From Blasia pusilla (Eukaryota): DNA of 64,000 nt. This document shows positions 26,951 to 40,527 of this stretch, in pieces. A program made the translations under genes and the position numbers. The notes under the pieces are model-generated. The model had not been told where the DNA came from, ran no database searches, and saw only the letters and a program-made list of their open reading frames with translations. Each line of letters starts with the position of its first letter. Positions within the stretch are counted from its first letter, which is position 1. The stretch covers positions 30,938,001 through 31,002,000 of the forward strand of contig CM114271.1 of assembly GCA_050084515.1 (NCBI GenBank), written 5' to 3'.

Positions 26951-29900
26951 TGTCGCGACCCTCATAACCAAACAACACCAAATACGCGCCAAGCGAAACA
27001 TCAGAACTCAAAGGAACTCACGCCGCGAGGTTTGCGCTTTGGAGAGGCGTTTGGAAGAGTCTCTTGGAAAAGTCTAAGAGACGAAACGTGGAACAGAGTT
27101 GTGCGTTTCATGCGTTAGTGGTCGCGACCAGGAAACCTAGACCAAACGCGAGCCGAGACTTGAGATGAGTTGAGTCTCGGAGGTTGGTTGCCAAGGAGGT
27201 GAGAACCAGTTTGGAACACGGCTAGCGTTTGGGAGAATCTGACTGTGTTTAGGACCATAACGTTGAGCTCCGAGATGCGTTGGGGACAAGTAAGGGCGCG
27301 TTGGAAAGCTGATCTTGAGACGCTTCCAACGCACCAAAGATCTCAGCAAACGCATAAGTACAGGCTGAGATATTGGCCGAAAACGATTCAGAGAGCAATC
27401 GGGTTGAGGGCCAATTGGAGGGGCCCGGGTGTCTTTCCCTAAATGTAGGGGGCCCCCGGAGATCCCCAGAAGTACTAGTAAGGGGAGTACCTTCTCTGAG
27501 ATGTCTCGGGAAACGAAACCCCACTTTGGGCGCCAAACGGGCGTTTGAGGCACGGGATGAAACGGGAGTTTGCGCGGAAACCCCAAACCCAAACCTGATC
27601 CAAGGGAGTGGACTTTTACGCCACACTTGGATTCCAACCGAGATTCACCGTGCGAGTCTTGGTGAGGAACTCATTGGATGTTCATCGGACATTGGAACCG
27701 CTTAGGCGCTAAACGCCGTTTCAGGTTCCTGAACCGACCAGAAAGTCTGTCCCAAGTCTTTCGAGACTTGCCCGTGTTGGAAACCGCGAAACTAGGAAGG
27801 TTGAGCTTGAAGAGAGAGTCCGAGACGAGAACTCGGAAAGTAATCCCGCTGATTGATCCAAGACCCGACTAACCGAAGTGCGTGTTTGGATGCAGATCAG
27901 CGTTGAGAGCGTGACCATCGAACGCGACGCTTCCGCAACAAACAAGATTAACGTTCAAGGAGAGTAGGCGCACGACACGTGATATATCGAGCAATTCCTT
28001 GATGAGCGTGAACTTGGGGTTGTTGAAGATCTGGACGTTTGGGGAGAACTCAAGGTAGCCGGAAGACCGCGACGCCGAGGAGGAACGCAAGAGGCGAGGA
28101 GGAGATCTGAGAAAAGGCGACGACTCGCAAATGGCGACCAAGGACGAAGAACCGAGGAAACCGCGAGTCAAAGCAAAGAAGCCAAGAGACGAATCAATGA
28201 CGGACCGAGAGCCGAGAGGTGGAATTTGCGACTCGAAGTGCGAGTCCCGGACATGAGGATGTTCCAACCGAAAATCTTTCAGCGGGACCTTCGGGTCCAA
28301 ACTTAAACGATCCGGCCTTTTATACCCAAATGATGGGATTGATGAAGGTGGTGGCGGACCAGATGGCTGAACAGAGCAAGGTGATCTCGGAATTCAAGTC
28401 AAATGGAGCCTCTAGCTCGGCAAGAAGCTTTGTAAGACTAATTTGCCAACGCCATTCAGAATGGGGCGTTTCGAAAGTGAGCGAAGTTTCTAACGGAACT
28501 CGAACTCTATTTCAGCGCAAAAGCGATGAACAAGACAAGGTGATCAGAGCGGTCACGTTTCAAGGATCACGCTCTCCATTGGTGGACGGCTCACCGGAAA
28601 GAACATCTAGGTCGTGGGAAAACGTTGAGTTGGGAAGATTTCAAGGAGTTGATTGGGAACCGATTCACTCCGAATATCGGAGTACCGCGATGGCATGGAG
28701 GTGGTGAGGTTGCGCCGAGTGGATCACTTGGTGCTTATGTGCGAGAGTTTAGTGCGCTCATGAGTGCACTTTCCACGGACGAACATACTAAAAGGTGATC
28801 TTCCTAAGTGGGCTCAAACCGAGTGCCAAGAAGGCTCTCTTTCGTATGCCTCACATCCCGCAGACGCGCGGACCTCTTGAGACTAGCCGAGCGGATTGGG
28901 GACGATGAAGTCCAACACCCAAACCCTTTGAGACAAAAAGTTTTTCTAAGTTCTGAAGAATAAAGGGACATCCAAGAGGGTTTGGAATGGGGGTGAGAGC
29001 GACCACGAGGGTCTCTCCGGCCGCTAAACGAAAGTGGAACTCAACGCGAAGCGAAGGGCCGCCGTTCACGAAGTCAACGAATGCCAAAGTGATTTGTTAT
29101 AATTGTGGCGAACCCGGGCATATGGCTAAGGAATGTGTGAGGCCCAAGGTTAGTAAACCGAGTATGATTGCGTTTGCCGCTAAGCATTTATCGGAGGGAG
29201 ATCTAGATACATCTCTACAAGTCACCAAGAGAACGCCCAATTTGGTTTACCTAGGATCCAAGATCGCTAATCGCGATGTGATGTTGCTCGTTGATACAGG
29301 TGCTTCACACTCATTCTTGAGTTCGAGAATCCTAAAAACGTTGGGATTGCCAACCACCAAAGCGGATGAACCCATTAGGGTAGGATTCGCGGGAGGAAAA
29401 TCCCACCAGACATAAGATCTGGTTTTAGGGCTAGTTGTGAGATGCGGAGTATTTGAGTTGAAGGAGAATTTTACAGTTTGCGAGATGGACGGTATCGACG
29501 GAGTCTTGGGGAACACGTTCTTGGATGCGTATGAGGTGGAACTGAGGCGGAGACCTTTGAGGTTAAGCGTCTTGGTTAACGGCAAACGGACGGACGTCGA
29601 TTGGTTCGTGAGGTGCCTAGAAAGACGGAGTTGGTGAACGCCATCACGAGGACGAGTTTGGCCGAGTTAGAGGAAGGATTCCTTTGCTTGATGAGACGAG
29701 TAGAGGATGATGCAAGCGCAAGATGCAGAGATCAGAACTCAGCTTCAAGGGAGATCCCTGAAACACTCAAGAGAGTTGTGAAAGAATTTGAAGATGTGTT
29801 GACTAAGGAGCTTCCGACGAGTTGCCACCACATAGGCGGTTGATCATAAGATTGAGGTGATACCAGGATCTCAACCACCTTCAAAGGCACCATATAGGTT

Positions 29901-32900
29901 GAATCAAGAGGAACTTGCTGAGTTGAAGAAACAGTTGGGTGAACTCCTAGAGAGGGGTTACATCCGAACGAGCAAGTCACCTTATGGGGCGCCCGTCCTC
30001 TTTGTCAAGAAGAAGGATGGGAAGTTGAGACTCTGTGTTGATTATCGGGCGCTGAATAAAGTGACGGTAAGGAATAACTATCCTCTACCGAGGATGGATG
30101 ACCTCTTTGATCGATTGTCGGGTGCCAAGTATTTCAGCCGGATTGACCTGAAATCAGGATATTATCAGATTCGGATTGCCGAAGCGGATGTAGAGAAGAC
30201 TGCCTGTAGGACGAGAAACGGTTCGTTCGAGTTTGTAGTAATGCCTTTCGGTCTTTGTAATGCGCCTCCAACGTTTACCACTTTGATGAACTCCATCTTT
30301 CACAAGGAGACGGATGAGTTTGTGATCATCTATATAGATGACATACTCATCTATTCGAAAACACTAGAGGAGCACGCTTGACATTTGAAGACGGTGTTTG
30401 AGAAACTTAGGGCGAACAAGCTGTATGCGAATGTGGATAAGAGTGAGTTCGGTTTGACGAAGATCAAGTTCTTGGGACATGTGGTCAGTGCGGATGGAGT
30501 GAGTCCAGACATGGAAAAGGTGAGCGCGATTGCCGAATGGGAACCGCCTTCCACCGTGAAGGGGATGCGAAGGTTCATCGGAGCTGTCCAGTTTTACCGG
30601 ACATACGTGAAGAATTTTTCGGGCATAGTGAAACCTCTCACGGATTGGACCGCAAAGTTTGCCAATACTACATGGACCAAGGAAGTGGATAAAGCGTTCA
30701 ATCGAGTCAAAGAGATCCTCTCGCAGAACCGATTCAAAGCGCGGAGTTTGAACAACGCGTTCGAGGTGCACACGGATGCTAGTGATTTCGCGATTGCAGG
30801 AATGTTGGTGCAAAAGGAGACCAGAGCATACGAAAGCAAAAGCTGACCGACACCGAAAGGAGATGGCCTACTCATGAGAAAGAGTTGTTTGCGGTGGTTC
30901 ATTGCTTGAGGAAGTGGGCGTCACTATTTGGGACTTCACAGGACTCGAGTATTCACCGATAACATATCGCTCAAGTATTTTGAGACCAGGATCGCGTGGC
31001 GCCAAAACAACCGGTGGCATGATACCTTGGCGTTGATGAATGTGGAGCTAATCCACAAGCCGGGAAGGACAATGTCATTCCAGATCGTTAAGTCGCAGGA
31101 TGAACACATGCCATCGGCGACACAAGTGTTGAGAGCAATGTTCCCTAATGAAACAGATCTGGAAAGAAGGATTCGTGAAGGATACATGAAGGATGAGCAA
31201 GCGAGGGAGTACCTTGGGAAGTTAAAGCGGGGCGAGAAGGTGGCCAATCTGAGTTTGAGACACGGCTTGCTAAGGTTTAAGCAGAGCAGGATCTATGTAG
31301 GCCAAGGCAAGCTACGAACCAAGGTGTTTGTGGAATGTCATGATGGACCTTTGGCGGGACACAAAGGGAGAAATCCACTCTTCTGTTTTGTCTAAGAGGT
31401 TCTTCCGGCCCAACATGAAGGAAGATGTTGCTCAATATGTGAAAACATGCGTGACCTGCCAGGAGAACCGCGTGTCTTAGAGGAAGAAACAAGGTTTACT
31501 TCATCCTTTGCCAATCCCGGAGGGACCCTTGCAAAGCATTAGCATGGATTTCATTACGAGTCTTCCAGAATCTGAGGGATACAACGCTATACTTGTGATA
31601 GTTGATCGGTTTAGCAAGTTGGGGAGGTTTGTGCCGACGAGAGAGTCTGCGACGCCTCACGCGACTTCCGACTATTCCTGGATGGTTGGTGGCGTGCGCA
31701 CGGATTGCCTAGGAGCATTGTGTCCGATCGGGATCGAGGTTTACAAAGTGCCTTTTGGAAACATCTATTCAGGAGGTTCCGGACCAAACTCGGCTTTAGT
31801 ACGGCCTTCCATCCTCAAACGGATGGGCAAACGGAAAAAGTAAACTCGGTCGTAAAACCAATACTTACGGAATTACGTGAGTGCGGACCAAAGAGATTGG
31901 GCCAAGTGGTTTAAGTATGGCTGAGTATTGTTACAACTCGACTAAGCATTTCGCAACGGAGAATCTCCGTTTCTTCTGGCGTATCAAAGAGAACCAGAAG
32001 GGCCTCTTGACTTAGCTCTTTCGAAGGGCAATACATCGACACACACTCGTCAAGCAACGGCGGAATGTTTGTTAGTGGAAATGCAGGAACGACAAGAGCG
32101 AGCGAGAGAAAGTCTCGCCAAGGCTCAACTAAGGTACGTAAAGCATGCTAACAAAAGTCGGCGCCATGTGAGTTTCCAAGTTGGGGAACAAGTGTGGTTG
32201 AGTGTTAAGAATCTCACTCTTCCGAAAGAATTGTTCGAAATTGTCACCAAGTATCTTTGGACAGTATGTGATCAAGGCAAGGCCGTTTGAGGATGTGTAC
32301 ACGTTGAGCCGCCAAACGAAGTTCAAGATTCACCCGACTTTCCATGTGTCATTATTGAAGAAGTATCTTCAAGACAATGTGCGTCCGGAGCGAAGGAGGA
32401 TGTTGAGACCACAACCGGTCATCAGAAATGAGGAACCAGAGTTCGAGGTTGAGACTATTCTGCGTTCCAGACGTAGGGCCACCAAGTACGAGTACTTGGT
32501 CAAGTGGAAAGGCTATCATGTGAAAGAGGCGACTTGGATTGCGGAGGCGGATCTAGAACATGCGCAAGAAGCATTGCGTGACTTCAGATGGATGCAAGAG
32601 AGGCACACGCGTTAGTACATGGTGAAGCAATGGACATAACTTGTGACCGGAAAGCTTGGGCCGATAACCCGTTGTAACTAGAAAGGTTTAGTTGTTGCAA
32701 TAAAGAAGACATGGATTTGGAGATTCGATGCTTGTATTGTAATTTTGAGTTTGGTTTGTGCAAGGCAATGAGTAGTTCTTCATATGCTTAGGATGTAAGT
32801 CAAGGAGACCAAACAATGAGTATTTGAGGTGAGAGCTTGTATTCAGATAAGGCATCTAGATCAGGACCAAATGTTGAAGTACTAGCATTTGGGCTCGCCC

Positions 32901-34329
32901 TAACGTCGGCGAGGCAGATGAGTCTCTTGGGGTTTGTGGTGATCTCATTCATGTTTCATGACTGAACTTAGTGACGCGCCTAGGTGGAATACAGGTGACC
33001 CAAAAGTAGTATGAGTTGGCTAGGTAGACAAAGGTTGTTTACAAATAGTGAGTGAAGTGTTAGGTTGCAGACTTAGTGAGCTTATTTTGATAGTTAGATT
33101 AGTTTTGGAGAACTAGTCTAGGCTCATCGAAAAAGCGAAGCTAATAAGTCTAAGTCTTTGCAAGCGACAAACCTAAGACTTAAGCCAAAAGAGGAATTGC
33201 GGGTTAGCTACGTAACGCGATTATGTGTTAAGGGTCGGCTTCCCGAACTTAACATCAATAAGGTTTGCGTTGATGAGGACATCAACCTTCTAAGGAGGGG
33301 TGAGTGTCGCGACACTCATAACCAAACAACACCAAATACGCGCAAGCGAAACATCGAACTCAAAGGAACTCACGCCGCGAGGTTTGCGCTTTGAGAGGCG
33401 TTTGGAAGAGTCTCTTGAAAAGTCTAAGAGACTAAACGTGGAACAGAGTTGTGCGTTTCATGCGTTAGTGGTCGCGACCAGGAAACCTAGACCAAACGCG
33501 AGCGAGACTTGAGATGAGTTGAGTCTCGGAGGTTGGTTGCCAAGGAGGTGAGAACCGATTTGGAACACGGCTAGCGTTTGGGAGAATCTGACTGTGTTTA
33601 GGACCATAACGTTGAGCTCCGAGATGCGTTGGGGACAAGTAAGGGCGCGTTGGAAAGCTGATCTGGAGACGCTTCCAACGCACCAAAGATCTCAGCAAAC
33701 GCATAAGTACAGGCTGAGATATTGGCCGAAAACGATTCAGAGAGCAATCGGGTTGAGGGCCAATTGAGGGGCCCAGGTGTCTTTCCTAAATGTAGGGGGC
33801 CCCGGAGATCCCCAGAATTACTAGTAAGGGGAGTACCTTCTCTGAGATGTCTCGGGAAATGAAACCCCACTTTGGGCGCCAAACGGCGTTTCAGAGGCAC
33901 GGGATGAAACGGGAGTTTGGCGCGGAAACCCGAAACCCAAACCTGATCCAAGGGAGTGGACTTTGTACGCCACACTTGGATTCCAACCCGAGATTCACTT
34001 CGTGCGAGTCTTGGTGAGGAACTCATTGGATGTTCATCGGACAGTTGGAACCGCTAAGCGCGAAACGCCGTTTCAGGTTCCTGAACCGACCAGAAAGTCT
34101 GTCCCAAGTCTTTCGAGACTTGCCCGTGTTGGAAACCGCGAAACTAGGAAGGTTGAGCTTGAAGAGAGAGTCCGAGACGAGAACTCGGAAAGTAATCCCG
34201 CTGATTGATCCAAGACCCGACTAACCGAAGTGCGTGTTTGGATGCAGATCAGCGTTGAGAGCGTGACCTACTGAACGCACGCTTCCGCAACAAACAAGAT
34301 TAACGTTCAAGGAGAGTAGGCGCACGACA
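26951..34329 (+). mobile_element. Element C: full-length Ty3/Gypsy chromovirus (Galadriel/Tcn1-like) nested in element A
   Basis: LTRs 26951-27977 and 33305-34329 (TGTCGCG...CACGACA); perfect 5-bp TSD GCTCT; PPT AAGGAGGGG before the 3' LTR; a degenerate tRNA-Met-like PBS after the 5' LTR. Confidence 0.97.
28100..32615 (+). pseudogene. Element C gag-pol (frameshifted): Gag CCHC - protease - RT - RNaseH - integrase - chromodomain
   Basis: [36 protein letters not shown]...[30 protein letters not shown]...[32 protein letters not shown]...YLVKWKGY...ATW. Confidence 0.93.
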
Positions 34330-34699
34330 GCTCTCCTCTTGTCAACTTAGGGCCCATATGTGGCTCCCAAGTCTCCATAATGACTATGGTAGGACTCTCC
34401 GGCGTGGATGTCGGCGGTTGCTATGGTGCAACCCCGTCTCGGACAATAGAACTCTCATCTCCACGTGCAGTACCCGGAACTACGCTCGATGCTGTGGCTA
34501 TCATCTCCTGGCATACGTGCAAAACATCCCAAGAAGTCCAAGGGTATCTCTCCCAATCACCTCTGGTGTGTCGATCTCCTTGGGTCTTGCCCCTAGCCAC
34601 TACCTCAACCGTCTCGATAGGCATGGGGCTCACCAACACAACTTTTGTGATATGTTGCATCCCCAAATGACGTTGCTCAGCTACTCCTAAGCTCAAAAT

Positions 34700-35580
34700 C
34701 CATGTCAAACAGTTCAGGTCCATCGCTTGACCCAAGACATGACGTCGTGATGCCTCTGATAGTGACGGTACTGTCGTCACTCCTGTGGGGAATCCCATCA
34801 CTTGCTCTCGCTCATCGACGTTGGGCTCCACCAACCTCTGTATCTGGTCATCCCAAACCAAGCCAGGTCCGACCTCCTTGAATGCATAGGAAGCAGGAAA
34901 ACTCACCAATGTGGGAAAGGCTTCTCGTGGCATGCCAATCTTGTTGACCACAGTCAATGGCAATCGATCATCATGCCTCACTGCCTGTGATCGATGGCCC
35001 GGATCCAATATAGAATCCACCAACAAATTGGAGGGACGCTCCACTCTCACATAAGCCCTCCTCAACACCTCATGTGGTACCAAGTTGGTCCATCAAAGAC
35101 GCACACCTGATGTGCACTCATCACCACGCGGGACCTTGAATCACCCAAAATTGGTATATTCTCCAAAATGTATGCTAGAGAATGAGGATGATGCTCATGT
35201 AAATGTCATAAGATCCGCATCATCTCCCAAAAAACCTGGACCGAGTGTCAGCTAACCCGCAACCTCATCCAACACTCGATTGGCCCTCACACGGCCAACC
35301 AGCAATGACCAAGTCTATGGTCCCTACCCCCTCCAAGTCCCTTGCGCCCCCAAAAATGAAATGTCCCTTGGTAGGGAACTCTGGTAACTCTGAATGGCGG
35401 ACGCAGACAACAAGTCAGGAAAACGGAGGCGTAACAGCGCCACATGGTGAAGTGAAGCACGCCTTGCAACATCATCAATCTCCACATTTAGGTACTGTTG
35501 CACGCGCACTCTAGCGTGCAAAACAACAACTAAACCAATGCTGATCCCTCCAAAGAGTTCCAACACCCAAATACCCTCCT
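34700..35580 (-). pseudogene. Element A C5 cytosine DNA methyltransferase domain (degenerate)
   Basis: Motif I VLELFGGIS, II VEID, IV DLVIAGWPC, VI YILENIP, IX/X EREQVMGFP...RRHVLGQAMD. The motif VIII region is deleted relative to element B. Confidence 0.88.
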
Positions 35581-35729
35581 CTGGGATGCACCACACAATC
35601 AGGATGATGTCTAAATGGGTCATAGCAGCACTCCTACCTATCTGGGGTTCCTCTGACCCGTCACACTCTAGTGCAAACATCTTGCTCCACGCGGTCTTCA
35701 CATGCTCAGTGGCTAAGCGTCGAAGCTCC

Positions 35730-36565
35730 TCAGTCGAGCCCCAAAGCGGCTACCATGCCACTCCTCTCCATAGAAATATCAAGAAAGGGAGTATCCTTTG
35801 CATGGACATGTCCCTCAATCAAATCACTAGGCCAAGTGATGGCACTGCTAGATGCTGTTAAGGTCACTGTCTCTCCTGGCCGTTGCTCGATCATTGCACT
35901 TGTGAATCGAACGGGTAATGAGCTAAGGCGCCCATCAGCTGAGTGCCATCTTGGTCTGTAGGACGCTGACTCCTCCAAGTAATCGAGGGAAAACCCCATC
36001 GAGTATAACATTGCTCCACCAACCAGGAGGTTGTAGGACTCTGCATCAATCACTGTCGCCTTGGCTCGTACCACAGACTCATCTATAGGATGTCCCGGGA
36101 GAATTCTCACCACGACCTCCTATCGGGTGATATATTGTGTGGTACACGCTCCACCCAAGGATGTCTGTATCCAGAATGGAAAACGCTCCACATCGGCTCT
36201 CGTCAAGCCCAATCCTCTAAATGACGCTTTCCCCAACATCACGGGTTTTGCTCTTGAATCCAACAAGACGCGCTGCGGACTAAAAGCTCTACCTCATGGA
36301 CTCACCAACTGGAAGACCTCTCCCCGATTATCCAGGGAAAAAAACACGAGGAAAAGCCATGGCACGCTCTATCACGGGTCTAGCGGGCATCTCCGCCATC
36401 CTAGCAGCCTACACGCTCCCCCTCGTGTGAAGATGACACAAAAGGAGATTGAGGTGGTCTCTCACGTGGAGACCCTCGAAACCTCGAGCCACTCCGGGTA
36501 AACCCTCCAGAGCTACTCTTAGGTCCACTACCTCGCCTCTCAAAATCCCGAAAGGACGCCATGAT
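35730..36565 (-). pseudogene. Element A gag N-terminal stub and aspartic protease
   Basis: The GGFTRSG stub matches the element B gag start (GGFTQSG). Protease reads RVLLDS(R)AKPVMLGK...YNLLVGG. Confidence 0.8.
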
Positions 36566-37928
36566 GGCCCTCGTGCCCCTCCCACATGATCAATCCCAAT
36601 CTCGCGAGTAATCCCTCACACATGCGGCACTCAATCTACACTCTCTCATTGAGATGTGTGTTGTGCGGCAACAAGCAATATGGTGCGGAAAATCAACTGA
36701 TCTATCATCTCATCGACAAACCATCCTCAACTCTGGACATCCCACACAGGTCTATCTCCCCTAAACCCATACATCATCGATGCTCATAGCATCAGCACGA
36801 AACCCAATATCCCAAATAACTTCCCAATACTCGAAAATCCCTCACAAGTGTAGGATAAGAGACCAGAATGGGTAACCTAAAAATAATGTCGATGTCGCTC
36901 CTCGGCAACTATAAATCTCAACCCCAACTTGGTCGTGAAGACAACTCCTCCAATCAGCAAGTCGTACTCCTCTCGTACTGACGCTGCTGAAACCTCCACA
37001 ATGTGCGGTGCAGGTCTAGCAGTCCGGTGCGGCAGTGGCGGCACGGAACGACTACAAACGACATGGCACTCGGGAATGGGATGCGGCACTCGACGGCATA
37101 CCCTCCTCAATCAGAAATTCACATGCTCTGCTTCTTAGTGAAGGAGCGGCTCCGTGATTAAGATTATCCCTCCCCTCTCCCAAGCTTTCTCCATGGTAAC
37201 CTATGCTCCCAAGTCACCTCCTTGGCTCTTAATCTGATGTAGGAGGCCAAGGGCCACTTACCAAAAATAGAAAATTGCCCATATATATTCAAAATGGTAC
37301 TAACCTAAAATAGTAAGTTACTCAATGTGGCTCTAAATGAGCCGAAACGAAGGGGGAACCTGCTCTCTCAGGTTTTCTAGGGCCTCAGTAGGTCATCCTC
37401 GACCTTCTCAGCCTGTCCTCCACTACTCGCGAAGGTGCTCTATTAGATCTCATCGATCTATCCTAAAAGACGTGAGTTGTATGGAAATGGACATGCGCAA
37501 CGGATCCTCTGCCCAAGTTTATTTGGTAACCCAATGGCTCGCGCAAGCTTGGGATACAAGAACGGGTGTGGGCTTAGATTAAGGGAGGCAAGCAGGCAGG
37601 AATTGGCCCGCCTTAAGCCCGCATCGGCTCAAGGCCCGCGGCTTGGGGTGGGTGCCAACCCAATGCGCCCTTGCGGACCTTGAGCTTGCCATATGGTCCA
37701 GATCGCAAACATGTGTGGGCTTGCCATAAGCTTAGGGAGGGCCAATACGGGCTACAAAACGGGTTACGGGAATGGGCTCGGAAACACGTTCCTTGATTGG
37801 GTATGAGCTAGTCGAGGTCTACATTGCAGGCATGGCGGACTCGGGTGTGGGTTGCGGCCCGCGAGTACCCAAGCCCGCACGGACATGGACATATCCGCGG
37901 ACACAGACTTTGTTTGTGTGCAACCTTG

Positions 37929-38080
37929 ATCGATTTCCCCACAATCCACCACTCCGAATCTTGAGTGACTTATATGGGATTGGATAATCACATATACAAT
38001 TTCGGCTGAATTAGTGCGAGCAACATTGTTTAAGGAGTTTTGTGACACACATGAATACTTGAGGGATGATCAAACCTGAG
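37929..38080 (+). pseudogene. PIF/Harbinger-like transposase fragment, continuation
   Basis: RF.HNPPLRILSDLYGIG continues the AVVIYRF helix-turn-helix once the MITE and element A are removed. Confidence 0.5.
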
Positions 38081-40527
38081 GTAGATCATACATACTTATT
38101 TTTCAGAAGTAGATGCTGTTGATGATTTTCCACCTTGCTTTTCTCTCTCCAATTGAACCTCCATATTGCGAAGTTCAAACATTTGAGACATTAGCTCCAG
38201 TTTTTTATCTACTTGTTGGGCTTTCTTTTTACTTTTCTCCTTCAAAGCTTGAATAAAGGCATTCATTGATTGTCTAATATTATCACTAGTATCTCTCGAC
38301 TTTATTTTTTTGTTTGGTTGTTCTGCAACTCCTGGTCGAGAACATGCTTTGCTTCTCGGACTTTGTTCGGTACGTGGAGCTTCACTTCAACTCATATTCG
38401 ATGTGTGGGTTTGAGGTATGCCTATTGGTTCATGTAATGGTCATGATACAAGTGTCAATAAATGCCAACTGATGTAAGAACTCAAAAATGGAAGGGCAAG
38501 TGTGAAGAAGGTAGGAAGTGTGTCAAAATATATAGTGGGAACTCATGCGCAACTCAAGATCCCCTTTCTCCCTAAGCATCTCCTAATTAAAGTTCTTCTT
38601 TGTCTCTCCAATTGAAATTTAAATCTTACTTCAAAATAAAAATAAAAATAAAAAATATTTATTTGGCTCTAAATTGAATTCCACCTCTTCTTTTATTCAA
38701 TCATATAATAAAATGAAACCAATTAAAAGCATAAAATTGAATAAGAAAAATCTGACGTGACGCGTGAAGCCTCGGAAGCCATCCACGTTCACATGTGTCA
38801 ACAAATGAAGACTTGACCGTAAAAAGGTAAGCACTATTAATAGATGGCGGTAGCGGTAGATAATGATCACCCTCTGAGCTTATCAGCGAAACGACAAGAC
38901 ACTAGTCTCGCTGTCAGTCGCAGTTTTGTCTACTAGCGCACGATCTCTTAGTTTCTTCTTGGCAGTACGCCATTGGTGCGCTGGAAGTCACTCAGTCCAC
39001 CTTTTTGCTTTGACCACCACAGTGACTGAATTCACGACCCATGACTTCTGGGTCTTCGGTATAGCTTCGTTTTCTTCCTAGGGTATAGCTTGACCTGACC
39101 TCTCGGGTTAAAGTTAAAATACCCGCACTCAAACTGCCCTCACCCTCTTCCTGTTGTGGCCTTCAGGTTTTGACTCTTTGAGTCCCCCCCTCTTTTGTAC
39201 TTCCGATGGGTTTTCCATCACTCGTTTTTATCGAAGTGTATCTTCGCCTTTTCTCAAACTGTGGGGCAGGTCCCCGATACTTTTCCGGATCACGGGTCCC
39301 TCCGGGATCCGGATGGAGTGCCGGTCTTGTTATCGGCTGGATGACGGGTGGAGGAGTTGGGAGGTGGTACCGAATATCGAGATCTACTAGTTGTTGGCTC
39401 TTTTGGGGCCAGAAAATAAAACAAAATAAAAGAAATTGGCAGTGGGAAATGAAATGAATATGTGAAGGAATAGGAACGACGTGAATGGAGATGTGAGCTC
39501 TTAATCAAGATAAAAATTATTCTATGTTATTTATCTTTTTTTTTTTTCTATTATCCGCACTCTACTAGTACTTTTTATGTTCAAGTCATTTCAGTGTTTT
39601 TTTTATTGTCTACTTCGTTATCTTCTTTCTAGTTTTATATCGAATTTAATTTCCTCCCCATCAAATTAAAAAAAACCCAAAAGCAAGGTTGCATATTGAT
39701 TTTGTTTACTCGGTACATAGATGATTGCTTGGAGTTTCTCCAAGAAAATAAAAAGTCTCCCATTTTCTCCCGCAATATTTTCATCGTCATTGCATTTTCC
39801 TCAATTTTCTTTGGGTGCCCGGTTTTTTTATTCCTTTCATGCCATAGGTCTTCTAATTATAGGTTAAGGTCTCGGAACTCGTACCCTACTACCCAGATGA
39901 ATCCGGATTTTATAAAGAATGCTCACATGGTATTTCATCACGTTGTTCACCTTGAGTGTCACTCTTAGGTGGAACCATTCTCCTAATTGGAAAATAATTT
40001 CATTCCTCACAGATGTATTTATCTTGAAAAAAAAAAAATATTTTCAGTTCTCCTAATATCACTCTCTGCTCCAACTTCAAAAGAAAAGAGGAAAGTGAGT
40101 ATTGTCACAATGCAATGTCCGAGGAGAATCGGGATTACGTGTTTAGCTTGTCGGAAGAAATTTAAAATTATGGATTCAAATTCTCAATCACACACCAAAA
40201 ACCAATGGAGTACATGAGTTCTCCTTTGTATTTGTATCTAAATATCTAGTTCGATTCAGGAAAATTTTAAGATGTACCGCTAGAGTGGAAGACAATATTC
40301 TAATATTTATTGTTATTTGAACTTTAGAATTGCAAGTATTTTCAAATGTGTAAACTGGTTTCCGCAAAAAAATTGTAGGAATTATTATGCAAATTTCTCC
40401 TTGATCTCCATCCCACTACATCTAACCCATCCTATCCCAATTACAACATAAGGCACTTAGCCATTTCCTCACGCTTTCCTTCATGGTTTAGAAATACTTT
40501 CAATTCAATTTATTGACTAACCTCCCA

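Larger units (their letters stand above)
22975..37475 (-). mobile_element. Element A: Gypsy-like retrotransposon with C5-DNMT and PHD, split direct repeats; gag largely deleted; interrupted by chromovirus C
   Basis: Repeats B2 22975-~23098, A2 ~23099-23612, B1 23615-~23740, partial A1 37168-37475. GTTG is duplicated at 22971-22974 and 37476-37479. Contains protease, DNMT, RT, RNaseH, integrase and PHD motifs. Confidence 0.9.
22967..37928. mobile_element. hAT-type MITE, copy 2, split by element A (parts 22967-22974 and 37476-37928)
   Basis: Left TIR CAACGTTG, right TIR CAACCTTG, perfect 8-bp TSD ATCGATTT at 22959-22966 and 37929-37936. The interior at 37476-37928 is homologous to the other two copies. 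Confidence 0.8.

Noticed and set aside
27137-27945. Several 65-166 aa ORFs duplicated at 33465-34224
   Set aside because: They lie inside the two LTRs of element C and show no protein motifs.
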